Shown: positions 14,716 through 29,059 of the stretch, piece after piece | Layout of the letters: every line of letters begins with the position of its first letter | Numbering within the stretch: position 1 is the first letter of the stretch | NCBI RefSeq assembly: GCF_004010195.1 | Contig: NC_057719.1 | Span: 61,852,987-61,916,986, forward strand | Direction: 5' to 3' | From: Chiloscyllium plagiosum | Lineage: Eukaryota | DNA: 64,000 nucleotides | The notes under the pieces: generated by a model | Seen by the model: the letters and a program-made list of their open reading frames with translations, nothing else | What the model was told of the DNA's origin: nothing | Database searches by the model: none | Position numbers and translations under genes: made by a program

Positions 14716-15027
14716 TGGAATCCCTAAAGTGTTGAAGCAGGCCATTCGGCCTATTAAGTCCACACTGACCTTCCGGACAGCAGCCTAACCAGACCCAGAC
14801 CCCTACCCTGAACCCATATCCCTGCATTTTACATGGCTAATCCACCTACCCTGCACACCCCTGGATGTAATGGACAACTAATCTGCACATCTTTGCACTG
14901 TGGGAGGAAACCCCCGGAGCACGTGAAGGTAACCCAAGCAGGATGAATGTGCAAACTCTACACAGGCTAGAATCAAATCTGGGTGGCTGGTGCTGTGATG
15001 CAGCAGTGCTAAGCACTGAGCCACTGT
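14716..15027 (-). mobile_element. HE1-like SINE inserted in a degenerate LTR-like element (~14370-15229)
   Basis: SINE core plus tRNA-like head; the flanks resemble the LTR at 56665-57267 (e.g. ggcataa..cagcatccca.aaacacatcc). Confidence 0.65.
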
Positions 15028-18000
15028 GTAGGTGGGAGCTCTAGCTTTTAGCTCAACAGTGAGCAGAAGCCTTTGCAACAGATGAAAGCAATACTAAAAG
15101 CCTTGCTAGGTCTTTGTGAGCCCTGACCCTGCCCAGTCTGATTCTTTTCTTATTTTAAAAGAAACACTGAGGGGGATCTCAAAAACCAACTCTTCAAGAA
15201 CTTCTTGTAATGGGCTCAGTCTTGTCACATAAGTAATTAAGTTGAGTTTTGGGTGACTGTTGATGTTATATACTCCAGAGGAATAAATACCATATTAAAA
15301 TAGCTAGCACCAGTAAAAACTAAATATATTATACACATCATGAAGTCACAAAATGATACAACACAGGAAGATTTAATTTAGCTCATTCCTATTTCAGCAG
15401 TTTGGTCAGGCTATTCAACTGATTTCATGCTTTTACTATCCTTATTATTTACTGCAGTCCTTTTTATTATATTGAAGGTTTTGTGTCATTTGCAAACTTT
15501 AAAATTAATATATTCAAAAAATTGACCTCATGTTAACACTTGGGTAATATCAATGAATACTTCCCTTCGGTTCAAAAAATAGCAGCTCATTCAGTTTTAC
15601 AGATGGTATTCATGCTTTCACTTTCCTTTAGTTTGCACATAAGTCCATTATATGGCAATTTATTAAACACCATTCTAAAGTCTGTTTGCACGACCACAAT
15701 AATGTTGTTAATCCTCTGTTTCAAGAACTCAGTTGAGATATTTAACACAATGTGCATTGATTTCTTCCAAGTTTTCAAGCTTAAACAGGTAGCGAAATGG
15801 TTCTTTGGATCACTTTCTGGTTCATTTGGGTGGTTAAACCGGTTTTCTGAGCAGCATACCCACAAACAAAGTTATTCTGTTTTGTGAATACATTTTTGCA
15901 TGTCACTTCTGTAACTTTATAAATTTCATAACAATTATGGAGGCATAGAGTCATTTATGACAAAGCAAAAGGCCATTCTGTTCAACATGTCTGAGCCATT
16001 TCTCCATGTGGCAGTCCAGTCAGTAACCATTCACTCTTGTTCATCCAAAAATAAGCCTGTCTACTACAAGCTTTACTAAGGATCTCCTCAAAGCCTTTTT
16101 TTAAAAAAAAAGTGACATCCCCATTTCATGGGACTCTCTTGCACATGATTGCCCAAACTGACGAAGCAGCAAAGGTACAAACCATCATGAGCATTCCTGT
16201 ACAAACATCCAGTATGCCATTAATTATACACAGTTTATGTTTGCCTATATTTTTCCATCTTTTCATGATATCATACCTTGGGAATGTTAAGGAATTTATG
16301 TAAGTGCAAATTAGCTTCATTTTATTTCAGTGTCCAATCCTTTTCATCTTTGCAGTTGCAAATATTTGACCAATTTTTTCTTTTAGTTCCCACCTTTTTG
16401 TCGTGAATTGGTACCAAGGAGAACTTGTTCAGACTTGAAGGGGAAGGTTAAAGATATATGACATTTACAGAGCAGATTGTAATTGTACCAGTTGTGTATC
16501 TAATCATATGTTCCTTAGCCAATTGGTTACAGTACTACAAATGCATCTCTAGCTGTTGTTTATGTAAGTCCAACCAGATTCCTGCCTCTCCAACCCCTAC
16601 AGTGTTTTCAGACCCCAACAACTGTCCAACTAGAAAACAAATTCTGCTTGCAATCCTTTTGCCAATTGCCATTGACCAAAAGTTGAACTGGATTGGCCAT
16701 ACAAAGACTGTGGCAGGGTATTCTACTTGATTGATATTCCATCCACTATCTTAAACATTCACTAATTTTCCACCGACAGAGTGGCAGCAGTAACTCGCCA
16801 AACTTCCTTTGACAGCACCTGACAAATTGTCGGCTCTACCCTTAGAAGTACAAGGGCAGCAGATGCTTGGGAACACAACAATCTAAAAGCTTTCTTCTAA
16901 GCTGTACATCATCCTGACTAGCAAATATATTGCCATTCCTTCATGAGCAGGAACTCCTTTCCAGTTACACAGAACTGTGGGTTAACCTGCAGCAAATGGA
17001 TTGCAGGGATTCTGAAAAAGTGACTCTCATGCACCTCCTTGAGAACAATTAGGGATGGGCAGTATATAATGATTAACCCAGGAATTCTGCTTTCCCATGA
17101 AAAAATAAATTAAAAAGTTGTCCTTTGGGTTCTTTTGTGTCCATCTGATGCATTCATGATTTCAACTTAATTTAAACTTCATTGTCTATACATTACTTAT
17201 ATGAAAATCTTAATATTCAGGTCCCTTTTACAAAATTTACATCTTGACAGTAAATGAAAGCAGTTTGAGAGTCATGTCAGGGGAAAATCAAATTCCCAAT
17301 TTATAAAAAAAACAAAGGTAAAATATTTGTCACAGAAAAATGAATGTTGCATGGGATTTAGTTTCTATTTAATTAGGTTCATTTGATGCATTGGTGAATC
17401 ATGCTTTGTGTAAAATCGGTTGTTGAAAGTCACCAATGTGGTCCAATTACAAAATACACTGAATTTCATGAAACAGGTAAATAGGATTGTGAAACTTGCT
17501 GCTAAAGCCTGAAAATTCTGGAACGCCTTATAATAAAAATGTCTACTAATTGCACCTTGAAAATCATAATTTTAAAATTTATTTAAATTTTTAAAAACGA
17601 TATCCCTGAAGTCCCAGATATGCAGGCTAATTTTGAGGTAAGGAAGTAGTGTGTTTTCTCTTTTGTGAAGCAAAACCAAATGCTATTCGGATGTAATTAT
17701 TAATTCTAGATAAAATTTCACTCTTTTCCCTTGTGTCAAGCTGGAACTTTTGCTTCACTCAATAAAAACCCGAACCAATCAAAAGTATTTTGAAGACAGT
17801 AAGCTGCTCTGCAGCTTCCCTAGTGCAACATGCAAATTTGTGAATATAGTTGCATATTTCCTGCCAGCACATGGCAAGCTCTGTTGCGAATGCGACCAGC
17901 TGCAAGTTCAATTATAATCCATTGCCTTCCTTAATGCTCACTTTTTTCCCTTCTGTTCTATGATGGACTCTTATTTATCCACCACTTGTTCTCTGCTATG

Positions 18001-18062
18001 CCTGTTAACAGTCTTGCTTGTTCCATTATCATTTCCTGCCCTTAGTCAGCAGTCGAGATATA

Positions 18063-18398
18063 CAGTAGCGCCTCGACTTGCAAACTTAATCCGTTCCGGG
18101 ACCCAGTTCGTAAACTGAATCAATTTTTCCCATTGCTCAGATAGCGTAAGAATGCTTGGACGGCTGTTCACAGCACACGCGCCAAAGACGAACTGAATGA
18201 GATCACGCGGGGCCAGAGAGCTTTTGCGTTCAACAAGCGCGTAGCAAAGCAGAACAATGAAACCACGTGGTCGCACACGGGCTTTTTGCGTTCGTACCTT
18301 GAATTTCGTACGTACGTTGAAGCAAAATTTTACGTACAATCCTGCTTGTAAACCGATTTGTTTGTGAACGGGGTCGTTCGTATGTCGAGGCGCTACTG
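18063..18398. mobile_element. Tigger/pogo-like MITE
   Basis: Perfect 15-bp TIRs CAGTAGCGCCTCGAC / GTCGAGGCGCTACTG; TA on the left, CA on the right; CpG-rich. Confidence 0.85.
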
Positions 18399-20599
18399 CA
18401 CTCACTACCAAAGTCCTGCACCTAATCTTACAAGTGATATTATGGGAGAAGCAGTAGTTTTTAAATCATTATTCATTTAAAATTCTCTCATTTATTAGCA
18501 AGTCCTCTGAAATTTCAAAACAAGATTTTTACAAGTAAGGTTGTGTTTCAGAATGTTATTTGTTTGTGTTTTTGCTTTTAAGTCATATTTGCTACAATCA
18601 GCTATAAAAGGAAAAATATTTTGCTTTGAATTTTGCTTCTTCCTCACCTCCATAAAGAAACCTGAATGTTTTAACTCCAGCTTTTCATTTTAATTGTGAG
18701 ATTGTCAAGCTACTGAACTGGTGAATTGCAAGAGAAATTGCAGTATCTGGATGGAAATGCTATTAGAACTGGAAAGTGTCCTTCATGCAAATTCTTCCAC
18801 ACCGACCTCCTCAGTTTCATACCCTACACACACAGCACCATAATAAAAAGTACACACCCACAATTATGTGGCATTTTGCCAGTGCAATCTTATATTGTGA
18901 AAATAATTGGTCTAAGTGACAACCAGCTTGCAGCCCCTTGGTGGCAAATAAATGCTGAATGAAATTAGTTGAGGGTAAACTTCTTTGTGAAAGTACCTGT
19001 TAAAATTTTTTTAGTGGAAGTGTAGCTAGCTATGCCAGCATTTATTACACATTCCTAATTCCCCTTGAGAAGGTGGTGGTGAGTACTCTGAGGAAGTGTT
19101 TTCCAGGATTTGACTTCATGAAAGAACAGCGACAAGTGTTACAAGGCAGGGTTTTGGGGCTTGGAGAAGAATCTGAAGATAGTAGTATACCCATGTATCT
19201 GCTGCTGTTGTCCTTCTCAGTGGTAATATTTGCAGGTTTGGAAGGTGTTATGAGTACTGTGGTCAGTTACTCCAGTGTGTTTTGCCTGCAATACATATTG
19301 CTATTGAAGCGCCGATGATATAAGTGCTGCATGTTGAAGGTGGTGCATCGGGTGCTGATTGACCAAACTACTTTGTCTTGTTTTGTGTCAAATTCTTTTG
19401 AATGTTACTGATATGCATTCATCCAGGCAAGAAGGGACTGTTCCATCTCACTCTTAACTTCTGCTTTGCAAATAGTTGGATCAAGTTTGTGGAGTCAAAA
19501 GGTGAGTTACACGTTGCAGAAATATAAGCCTCTGACCTGCCTTTGTAACTACAGCATTTACCTAGCTGGTTCAGTTCAGATTCTGGCCAGTGATATCCCC
19601 CCGAATGGATGAACGATGGTAATGCCATTGAAGCTCAGGGGAACATGGTTAGATTCTCTCTTGTTGGATATGGTCATTGCATGGCCCCAATGTTACTTAA
19701 CTCCTAATCATCCTATGTCTGAATATTGTCCAAGTCTTGTTGCAAGTGCATATAAACTGTTTCAGTATCTGATGACTGGCAAATGATGGTAAACATTTTG
19801 GGTGGAGGGTTTGGTGTGTGATATTGCCACTGAACTAGTAATCTAGAGACCCTGGTAATGTTCGGAGGAGCTCGCTTCAAATCCCATCATGGCATATATC
19901 AAGACAGAAGAAAAAGTCTAATGATGATAATCAAACCAGTTGTATATGATCAGAAAGCCCATTTGGTTCACTAATATCTTTCAGGGAAGCAAGTGCACTG
20001 TTCTCACCTAGTCTGGCCTACATACGAATCTAGACCTGCAGCAATGTGATTGATTCTTAACTGCCTTCTGAAATAATCCAACAAACTAATTAATTGTATT
20101 AAACGTTAAAAAGTCTCAAAACTGGACAGACCACTGGGCATTAGCCTAGGCACCAGAAACTACAATGGCAAATTAATTCCTGCAAAGTCCTCCTTAATAA
20201 CATCTGGGGGAAAGTGTCAAAGTTTGCAGTCTTGCAGGCTAGTCAAACTACAGTCTGACATTCATTCTCGCCTACCTTACAGACTGTGTCCCACACACAC
20301 CATCACTATCCCTATGTCTGTCCTGTGGCAGCACCGTGGTTTGCAGATGGGAGAGAGTTTTCCCCTCCTGTGAAGTCTGATGACATCAGGTTAAACATGG
20401 ATAAGGAAGCCTTTTGTTGTTGTTCCCTCCTCACCCAGCTTGATAAAACAATATCTCTCCGTGCTGAATGCCACTCGGAGGAAGCACTGAGGGTGGCGAG
20501 GGTATAAAATGAAGACCGGGTGGCAGACTTTAGTGTCCATCACCAAGAGTGACTTGGCCGCCCCACTATTGACTGAATTGTTCAAGTCCTGTTGGGCAT

Positions 20600-23500
20600 T
20601 GTTGCTAAATTAAGACTATGGCATGTGGTCATGGTTACGATTGAGGATTCAAGGTACTGGCGAATGGACCCCTTTATTCTCATGGGCAGTAAGTTTGTGG
20701 AGTATTTCTCTAGGGAATTTCGGGCATTCCTATACATCAACATAGGCTCGGTTGATAGTTCATCTGTTCTCTGGGAAACTGCCAAAGCTTATGCCAGGGG
20801 GTTAGTCATTTCATATTCCACCAGTAGAAACCGGAAGAAGGGTGAGCTTCTCCTTGAAGCACAGTTGCAGGCAGCCGAGAAAGCCGATTTTGACAGACCC
20901 TCGCTGGTCAAACTACAGAGGTTTACGGCACTGCGGTCTGCACTAAATTCCACGCTCACACAGACGGCAAAGAAGGAGCTGGCTTTCGCAAAGCAAAGGT
21001 TATACGAGCATGGTGACAAGCCAGGCAAATACTTAGCATCCCTTGCCAGAAAGAGAAGTGCCCCACAAACCATTACAGCGATTAGGGAAAGGTCTGGGAA
21101 CCTAACATGTGATTCTAAAAAGATTAATGTGGCGTTCCAGAGATTCTACTCTAAATTATATCAGTCTGAGAATTGTGAGGAGGGGCAGGCCAAAATGGAA
21201 TCCTTTTTTAGAGATCTGAAGCTCCCGGGTGTGACTCCCGAACAACAGTCTTTTCTCAATGCCCTATTATCAGAGCAAGAAGTGCAGGAAGCTGTGAGGC
21301 AGCTTCAGACGGACTTCCCAGTGAATTCTATAAGGAATTTATAAGTATACTATCAGACCCGATGCTCAATATGTTCAATGATTCATACAATCATGATTGT
21401 CTCCCACCATCTCAGAGAGGCCAATATTTCACTTATCCTTAAAAAAGGGAAGGATCCGGAAGACTGTGCTTCATACAGACCTATCTTGCTCTTAAATGTG
21501 GACTTTAAGATCCTCTCTAAGGCTCTTGCATTAAGGCTGGAGACTGTGTTACCCTCTCTTATTAAAGATGCCAACAGCAGTCAATACAGGGATTGGTGAT
21601 TTCTTTAGATGCAGAGAAGGCATTTGAATGAGTTGAGTGGCCGTACCTTTTCTATACTCTAGACCGGTTTGGTCTGGGCGAAGTTTTCATATGATGGGTA
21701 AAGGTTCTCCTCAGTGTACCTCTCGCGGCGGTTATTAACAACGGGGTACAATCAATGCAATTTTAATATTTCTAGGGGCAGCCTGACAGGGCTGTCCCCT
21801 TTCACCATTACTTTTTACGTTGGTGATTGAACCGTTGGCAGAAGCCATTCGTATGGATCTCAATATATCAGCTCCAGAAGTGGGGTCAAAATTACATAAA
21901 ATCTCGCTGTATGCAGACGATGTTCTAATTTCCTAGACAAATCCAGCAGTTTCAGTGCCTCGCCTTATACAATGCATTCACGCATTTGGCGCTTTTTCAG
22001 GGTATAAGATTAATTTTGCTAAATCAGAGGCTATGCTCTTACGAAAGAGTTGGCTCTTGAGTGACTATAGATTCCCATTTAGGTGGTCACAGGGGGGTTT
22101 TGTTTATTTGGGCATATTCATTACTCCAGTTCAGGATTGGCTGTTCAAAGCCAATTTTATTCAATTATTTGAAAAAATTAAACAAGATCTCCAAAGATGG
22201 GAGGCACTTCCAGACTCGTGATTGGGTCAGATAGCGCTTATTAAGATGAATATTCTCCCTAGTTTGCTACACCCTATACGGATGCTCCCCCTGATTTTAA
22301 ATAAACAAACACTCGGGAGACTGAACGGTTGGTTCAGCTCCTTTATCTGGCACCGTAAACGGCCCTTCATTAAATTAGCCAAACTGCAGCTGCCTCACAG
22401 ATTGGGGGGAATAGACCTTCCGGACATTAAAAATTACCAATTAATCTCGCTTTTGACTTACATGAGTGATTGTGTTTGTGGGAACCCTCTTTCAATATGG
22501 CTAGATATCGAAGCCTCCCACGCAAGGTGCCCCCTTATCAGTTTGCTGTTTTTGGACAAGGTGAGGACAATAAGGGAATATTGCCATAACCCAATAGTCA
22601 TCAATACTGTTAAAGCATGGAGGACAATTCGGCAGAGGGAAGGTAATATTGGCAAAACATCTTTGTTTACACCTTTAGTGGGTATGCTGGGTTTTCAACC
22701 GGGTATGATAGTTTCAGGATTTAAACGTTGGACAGCTAGGGGTGTATCTTGCAAGGGTGTTTTATTTGAGGGAGATGTAATGATGTCCTTCGATCAGTTA
22801 GTACGGAAGTACTAGTTACCTAATAGAGATCTCTTTCATTTTTTTCAAGTTAGCGATTTTATTTTTAAAAAAAACCACACATTTTACTGATCCCTACAAA
22901 TCTGACATAGAAAGAGGGGTACTAAGGGCTAAGAGTACACTCTCTCTCAGTACTTTATATCACCAATTCAGGGGTGCCACCTCAGAGGAGTCTGATCGAC
23001 TCTGCAAGATGTGGGAAAGAGAGCTGGGTGTTGAAGTCTCTTCAGAGGCATGGAAGGATATTTGGGAGAATACAAGGAAGATATCAATTTGCAATAGGTC
23101 CCATGTTTCACAGTTGAAGATTCTCCACAGGGTCCACTTAGCCCCAGACCGTTTGTAAAAATTTAAACCAGGGGTATCTTCAGCATGTCCCAAGTGCAAG
23201 GTCTGTACGGGCACTCTTACCCATTGTCTTTGTCCTTGCAACAGGCTTCAAACATATTGGAGCGCTGTGGCGGGTGCAATGGAGAGGATTTTAGGTGTAG
23301 GGGTGGAGAAGAACCCTATTTCTCCCCTTTTGGGCATACCCATTGTATTTCCTGCAGACACGCGTAAGAAAAGTTTTTCAATATTCTTATGTTCTGTGCA
23401 AGGAAGAATATCTTGCTAGGTTGGATATCCAAAAACCCCCCCGGGGCCTGTCGGGCTGACAGAAAATTGTTATGGAGCATATTCCCCTGGATTTTCACAC

Positions 23501-23932
23501 AAATATGGTACACCACAAAACCGAGGATTTTTACAAGACATGGCAACCCTTTTTGAAACACCTGGACACAGATTTATCTGCCACACTAACAGGGGTTTTT
23601 ATATCGCCGTAACGATTGTGTTTCATGAGTCCAATATCCAGGGAGGAGGAACTGTGAATGTATGAGTGTTTTGTTTGGCTGGGCTGAGTTATGACTATTT
23701 ATTTATTTGTTGTTATTTATTTATTTAGTTAAATAGCTAGTTTAGGTTTTTTAAAAATTTTATACTTCTCTATATATGTTTATACATTCGTAGAGGAGGG
23801 TGGGTTAGGGAATTTGTTTTTATTATTTGGGTTTAGTTTTGTACTATTTTTGTACTGTTTGGAATTGCATTGTTTTGTATTTGTTGTAATATTTAAAAAT
23901 CTATTTTTTCTTAATAAATATATTATAAAAAA
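20600..23932 (+). mobile_element. L1/Tx1-clade LINE, 5'-truncated, with disrupted ORF2
   Basis: WRMDPFIL, YEHGDKPGKYLA, YRPILLLNVDFKILSK, LDAEKAF, GCPLSPLLF, YADD (21910-21921), C-terminal CPKC..HC zinc knuckle; AATAAA at 23913 and A-rich tail; frameshifts and stops. Confidence 0.9.
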
Positions 23933-24169
23933 GTATAAATATAAAATAATGCACATGGGATTAGGTGTAGTGTACTGACATGGTTTTGGATACGATCCCC
24001 TCCTTGCTGCCTGGTTCAGAGGCAACCCTCATGAGGGCTCTGCAGGTATCTGCCCCATGGGGACGGCTGCACCAGATGGGATGCTCTTCAGAGGGTCAGT
24101 GCTACTTGATTGGCCAAATGGCCCCTCTCTGCACTGTAGGGGTTCTATGATTCTATTCTATCAATAGAG

Positions 24170-25650
24170 AACTGGGTTGCAGAGAGGAAACAAGGAGTAG
24201 GAATAGAAGTGTCATTGTCTGAGAGGAAGCAGTAACTAGTGAAGTACCACAGGGATCAAAACTTGTACCTCAATTACTTAAAATAAATTAACATTTAGAT
24301 AAGGAAACTATTTGTCATGTCACTAAATCTGCAGATGACAAAGGGCGAACTGTGAGAATACAGAAATGCTTCAGTGTGATTTCGACAAGTTCAGTGAGTG
24401 GCCAAACACATGGCATAAATGTGAGGTTATCCACTTTGGCAACAAAAACAGAAAGGTAGATTATTACCTGAATGGCGATAAATCGGGCAAGGGGACCTTG
24501 GTGTTGTTGTACACAAGTCGCTGGAAGTAAGTGTGCAGTTTCAGCAGATGGTGATGGTGACAATTGTATTTTGGCCTTCATAGGGAGATGATTTCAATAC
24601 AGGAGCAAGGCTGTCTTGCTGCAGTTCTGAAGGACCTTGGTGAAATACACCAGGAGTACCATGTGCAGTTTTGGTTTCCTTATAGTGTCAGATATATACA
24701 GCACAGAAACTCATCCATGCCAACCAGACGTCCTGAATAAATCTGTACACTACCCCCATTTTCCAGCATATGGCCCCCATCCCTCGAAACCGTTCCTGTT
24801 AATATACTACTCAGATGCCTTTTAAATGTTTTAATTGTATCAGCCTCCTCCACTTTCTCTGGCAGCTCATTCCATACACGCACCGTCCTGTGCTTGAAAA
24901 GGTTGCCCCTTAAGTCTCTTTTATCTCTTTCCTCTCTCATCTTAAACCGATGCCCTTTAGTTCTGGACTCCCCCACCCCAAGGTAAAGACCTTGTCTATT
25001 TACCCTATCCATTCCCCTCATGATTTTATAACCCTCTGTAAGAATCACCCCTCAGCCTATAGCCACAGTCTATTCAGCCTCTCCCTATAATTCAAACCCT
25101 CTAACCCTGACAACATCCTTGCAAATGTTTTCTGAACCCTTTCAAATCTGAGGAAGGTAATTCTGACGATGGAGAGAGTGCAACAAAGATTTGCCAGACT
25201 GATTCCTGGGATTGCAGGTCTGAGATTTGAAGAGATTGGATCATTTAGGGTTACATTCACTGGAGTTTAGAAGAATAATGAGTGATCTCAGTGACCTATA
25301 AAATTCTGATAGGACAATAAAATTCTGATACAATAAGCACAGGAAAGATGTTCCCCATGACCAATGAGTTCAGAACATGGGTCACAATCTAAGGATATGG
25401 AATACAGCATTTAAGACTGCGATGAGGAGAAATTTCATCACCCAGTGATGAGCATCTGGAATTGTGCCACAGAAAGCAATTAAGGCCAAAGCATTTCCAT
25501 TTTCAAGGAGACACAGACAATTCTTAGGACTAAAGGAAACAAAGTATATGGGATGAAAGACAGAACTGAATACTGAAAAGGATGATCAGCAATGATCATA
25601 CTGAATGGCAATGAAGGCTCAATGGGCTAAATGGCTTACTCCTGCTCCTC
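24170..25650 (+). mobile_element. CR1 LINE fragment with an inverted CR1 3' fragment inserted at ~24664-25145
   Basis: Plus-strand CR1 ...ggtttccttat | atctgaggaagg... is split by a minus-strand CR1 (ORF 24680-25048). Confidence 0.7.
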
Positions 25651-26459
25651 GTTTGGAGGTCAATGATGAATTGAACAGACTGAACCCAAATTGACAGTTT
25701 GTTCCAATGCTTGGAAGTACTAGGGATAATAATTCTAAGTTTTACAAGGCAGGTCTAGGTTAACTCACAGAAAGTGATGTTTGTCTGGAACAGACTGCTA
25801 AATTAAAGCAATTTGATGAAAGTTTTCAATGCATGGACCAACTTCTTGCTGGATCAGCGAATCAAAGTTAGGTTGCCTGAAGAAGTTAGAGATTCCCAGT
25901 TTTGATTTCCTCAAATTGGGTTGTTTTTTCATCTCTCTCAGAAGAACACACTGTTTTAGGTAGGTCAAGAATAAATATAATGTGATTTACAAGGTGTCAT
26001 AATGGTGGGACAAGACTGGACAGACAAGAGAAAGTTTTATCCAATCTAACATGTTTGCATTATCCACTTAAGAGAACAGAAGAGTGATTTTATTTTCAGC
26101 ATCTTATCTTTGGAATGCAAGATTGTAACTGTACAATCACTTGCACTTCTTTTGGTTGTGGTTTGGCCAATTTCACGCCTGAAGCAGTACAATGCCTTCT
26201 TTGTTTAATGGAATATCTCAAAGTTTAAATTCTCAAGCTACCAACTTTACTTAACAAGCGGATCCTACCAGTCAAATGAAACAGAAAAAATCATCAATAC
26301 CAACAGATGAATCTTGTGGGTAGACCATTTAAGCAGCAACATGGTAAAAATATTGCGATGTAATATTGTGATCAGATAATATTTCTACATGAATTTAGAA
26401 CAGTGAACTTTGTGTGTGTTTGGGCAATGTGATAATCACAACACTACAAAAACCTGGGG

Positions 26460-27940
26460 GAAGTTGTAGTGTTGTGATAACCTCATTGGACTAGTAACCC
26501 AGAACCACAAGCTAACATTCAGGGGACACAGGTTCAGACACCCACATGGCAGATAGTAAAATTTGAATTCCACAAAAACCAGAAGGAACAATAGACAAGG
26601 CTAAGTTATCACATAACCAATGGGACAGATCTGAGCTCTGCAGTCCTGATGTCGCTCAGCTCTGACAACATTCTAGCAATAATACTGAAGCCATATGCTA
26701 CAAGTCACGCCCCTCTCAAAACAACAATTCTGGCTTCCACTGAACCATGTGGAAAATTGCATGGATACATCCTGTGCAAAAAAGCTCAAACCCAACTCAG
26801 ACAATTACTACTCTACCAGTTTGCTTTTGTTTGATCATCAGTAAAGTGATGGAAAAGGCTGTCAACAGTGCTTTCAAGCAGTACTTAAAAACTTAAAGGA
26901 ATAACATGTTCACCGAAACCAAATTCGAATTCCACCAAATGTTTGCCTCGTTACGTTCTTGTTTCAAAATTTAACAAAAATGTTGAAGTCCAGTAGTGAG
27001 ATGGCAGTGATGCCCTTGACATCAAGGCAGCATTTGACAGCATATGCCATCAAAGAGCCCCTTAAGTGGCTTCATCAATGACCTTTGCTCCTAGAAGTTG
27101 AGATGTTTATTGATGACTGCACCATTTGAAAGATTTGGAAACTGAGTAAATCTCAATGTGTCTTTGCAACAAGACCTTACTATCTAGGATTAGGCTATTA
27201 AATAGCAAGAAACATTCACACAACACAAGTGCCTTGGCCATTTCCAAAAAGGCAGAATCTAACCATCAACCCTTGAAATTCAATGGTATTATTCATCACT
27301 GAATCCACCACCATCAAAATCTTGGGGATTACCACTGACCAGCCATATTAATACTGTTACAAAAGCAGATCACATACTAAGAATTCCGCTACAATTAACT
27401 CACCTGCTGTCTCTGCAATGCCTGTCCACCATCTACAAGGCACAAGCCAAGAATGTAACTTCACTTCACTTGTAAAGTTGGCCTCAGCGCTAGCAACACT
27501 AATGAAGCATGATATCATCATGAACAAAGCAATTGCTTGATTGTCACCCAGTTCACCATATTCAAAATTCACTCTTCCCCACTGACAGTCGCGCACATCA
27601 TCCACAATATATACTGTTGCCACTCACTGAAGACCTTCCAACAGTACTTTCCAAATCTACAACCTATACCGATGAGGACAAGATCAATAGATGCACTGGT
27701 GTGCTAGCACCTGCAAGTTTCCATTTCAGCCACACACCATCCTGATTGGAAGTACATTGTCATTCCTTCACTGTTGCCAACTCAAAATCATGGAACTCCC
27801 ATCCTGACAGCACTGTGGATGTCTCGATATCCTAAGGCTGCAGCAGTTTAAGAAGACAGCTGATCACCATCTTCTCCAAGGCAAATAGGAATGGGCAACT
27901 AATGTTAGCCCAGCTAGCGAAGCCTATATCCCACAAATAA
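26460..27940 (+). mobile_element. L2/CR1-group LINE remnant with tRNA-like 5' head
   Basis: LDIKAAFD RT motif near 27015; 3' end gggcaa..aat as in the copies near 17050 and 33205. Confidence 0.6.
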
Positions 27941-29059
27941 AAATGGATCTAGTTTATCAATTATTGCAAATGAACAAAATTTCATATAAAAGTAAACTCT
28001 TTGTGAATTTTGAACCATTTCACAAGATTTCAATAACAATTGTCTTTCGATTAGCTCCCTTTACAGTCTAGTTCCCTAATCGGAAGACATGAACCATAAA
28101 TGTGACTCTGAAGAGGCTAGTATTGCTGCTATGAATTCATGTAAAATTTCTGCAACCTGCCCTGAAAACTCTAATTCTCCAACATATTCAAATTGTATGT
28201 GTGTATATTCAAGGTAGAGAAAGAAAAAGCAACTGAGAAAGAAATCTACTTTACAAAAGTTCAAATTTTAGTAGCCAAAAGCTCAACTTCCAAAGGCTGA
28301 AACTGAAACAATCCGAGTACACCATGACAATGGCTAAATTTCCCTTAACAACTTAAAGGGTGTCTCCATACTTATAACATCACCAAAAAGTGGCTTCTGC
28401 TTTACAACAACATTAAAAGGGTACGTCAACAGCTTCAATAGCAGACTGACAACCTTCTTGTGGAACGCTCAGCAACTGATAGATTTGCACAAAATCTGAA
28501 ACTGAAATCATAGTGTCATGGTGTTTGGCAATTCTGGTTCACACAACCAAAGTTGAATGCAGAGAGGATGGGATTCCTGTTTACTAAAACTATTAACATT
28601 TAGCACTTGCATACCTTTTGAGAAATAATCTAAAACTGGCTTAACTTATTAGTGTGCATGTACTATAACAACATTATATTACAAGTCAAATACCAAAATT
28701 CTGAAATTAAGTTTTGGAAGTGTCAGCATGTAGCAGCTCTCCAATTCAGCCTGAAATGAACATTGGAACACAAAAGTGAATTCACATATTCTCTTCCAGT
28801 CCAAAAGATTCTACTCATTAATTTCTGGTTTCTTATTAGAAAAGGAAACGTAAATAATTTAATAATTGAATCCATATAGCACAAAGCCATTTTGGTTTTG
28901 ACAAAAATATAATTAAATAACTTGAAACTACAAAGCAATTTGGATTGATGTTCCAAGGGAAAGCTGAAAAACAAGGAAGACCAAGCTCACCCAATAAAAC
29001 AATTCTATATTATATTGTGATTACTAACAAAGGACATTTTATTAACTCACTCATGGGAA

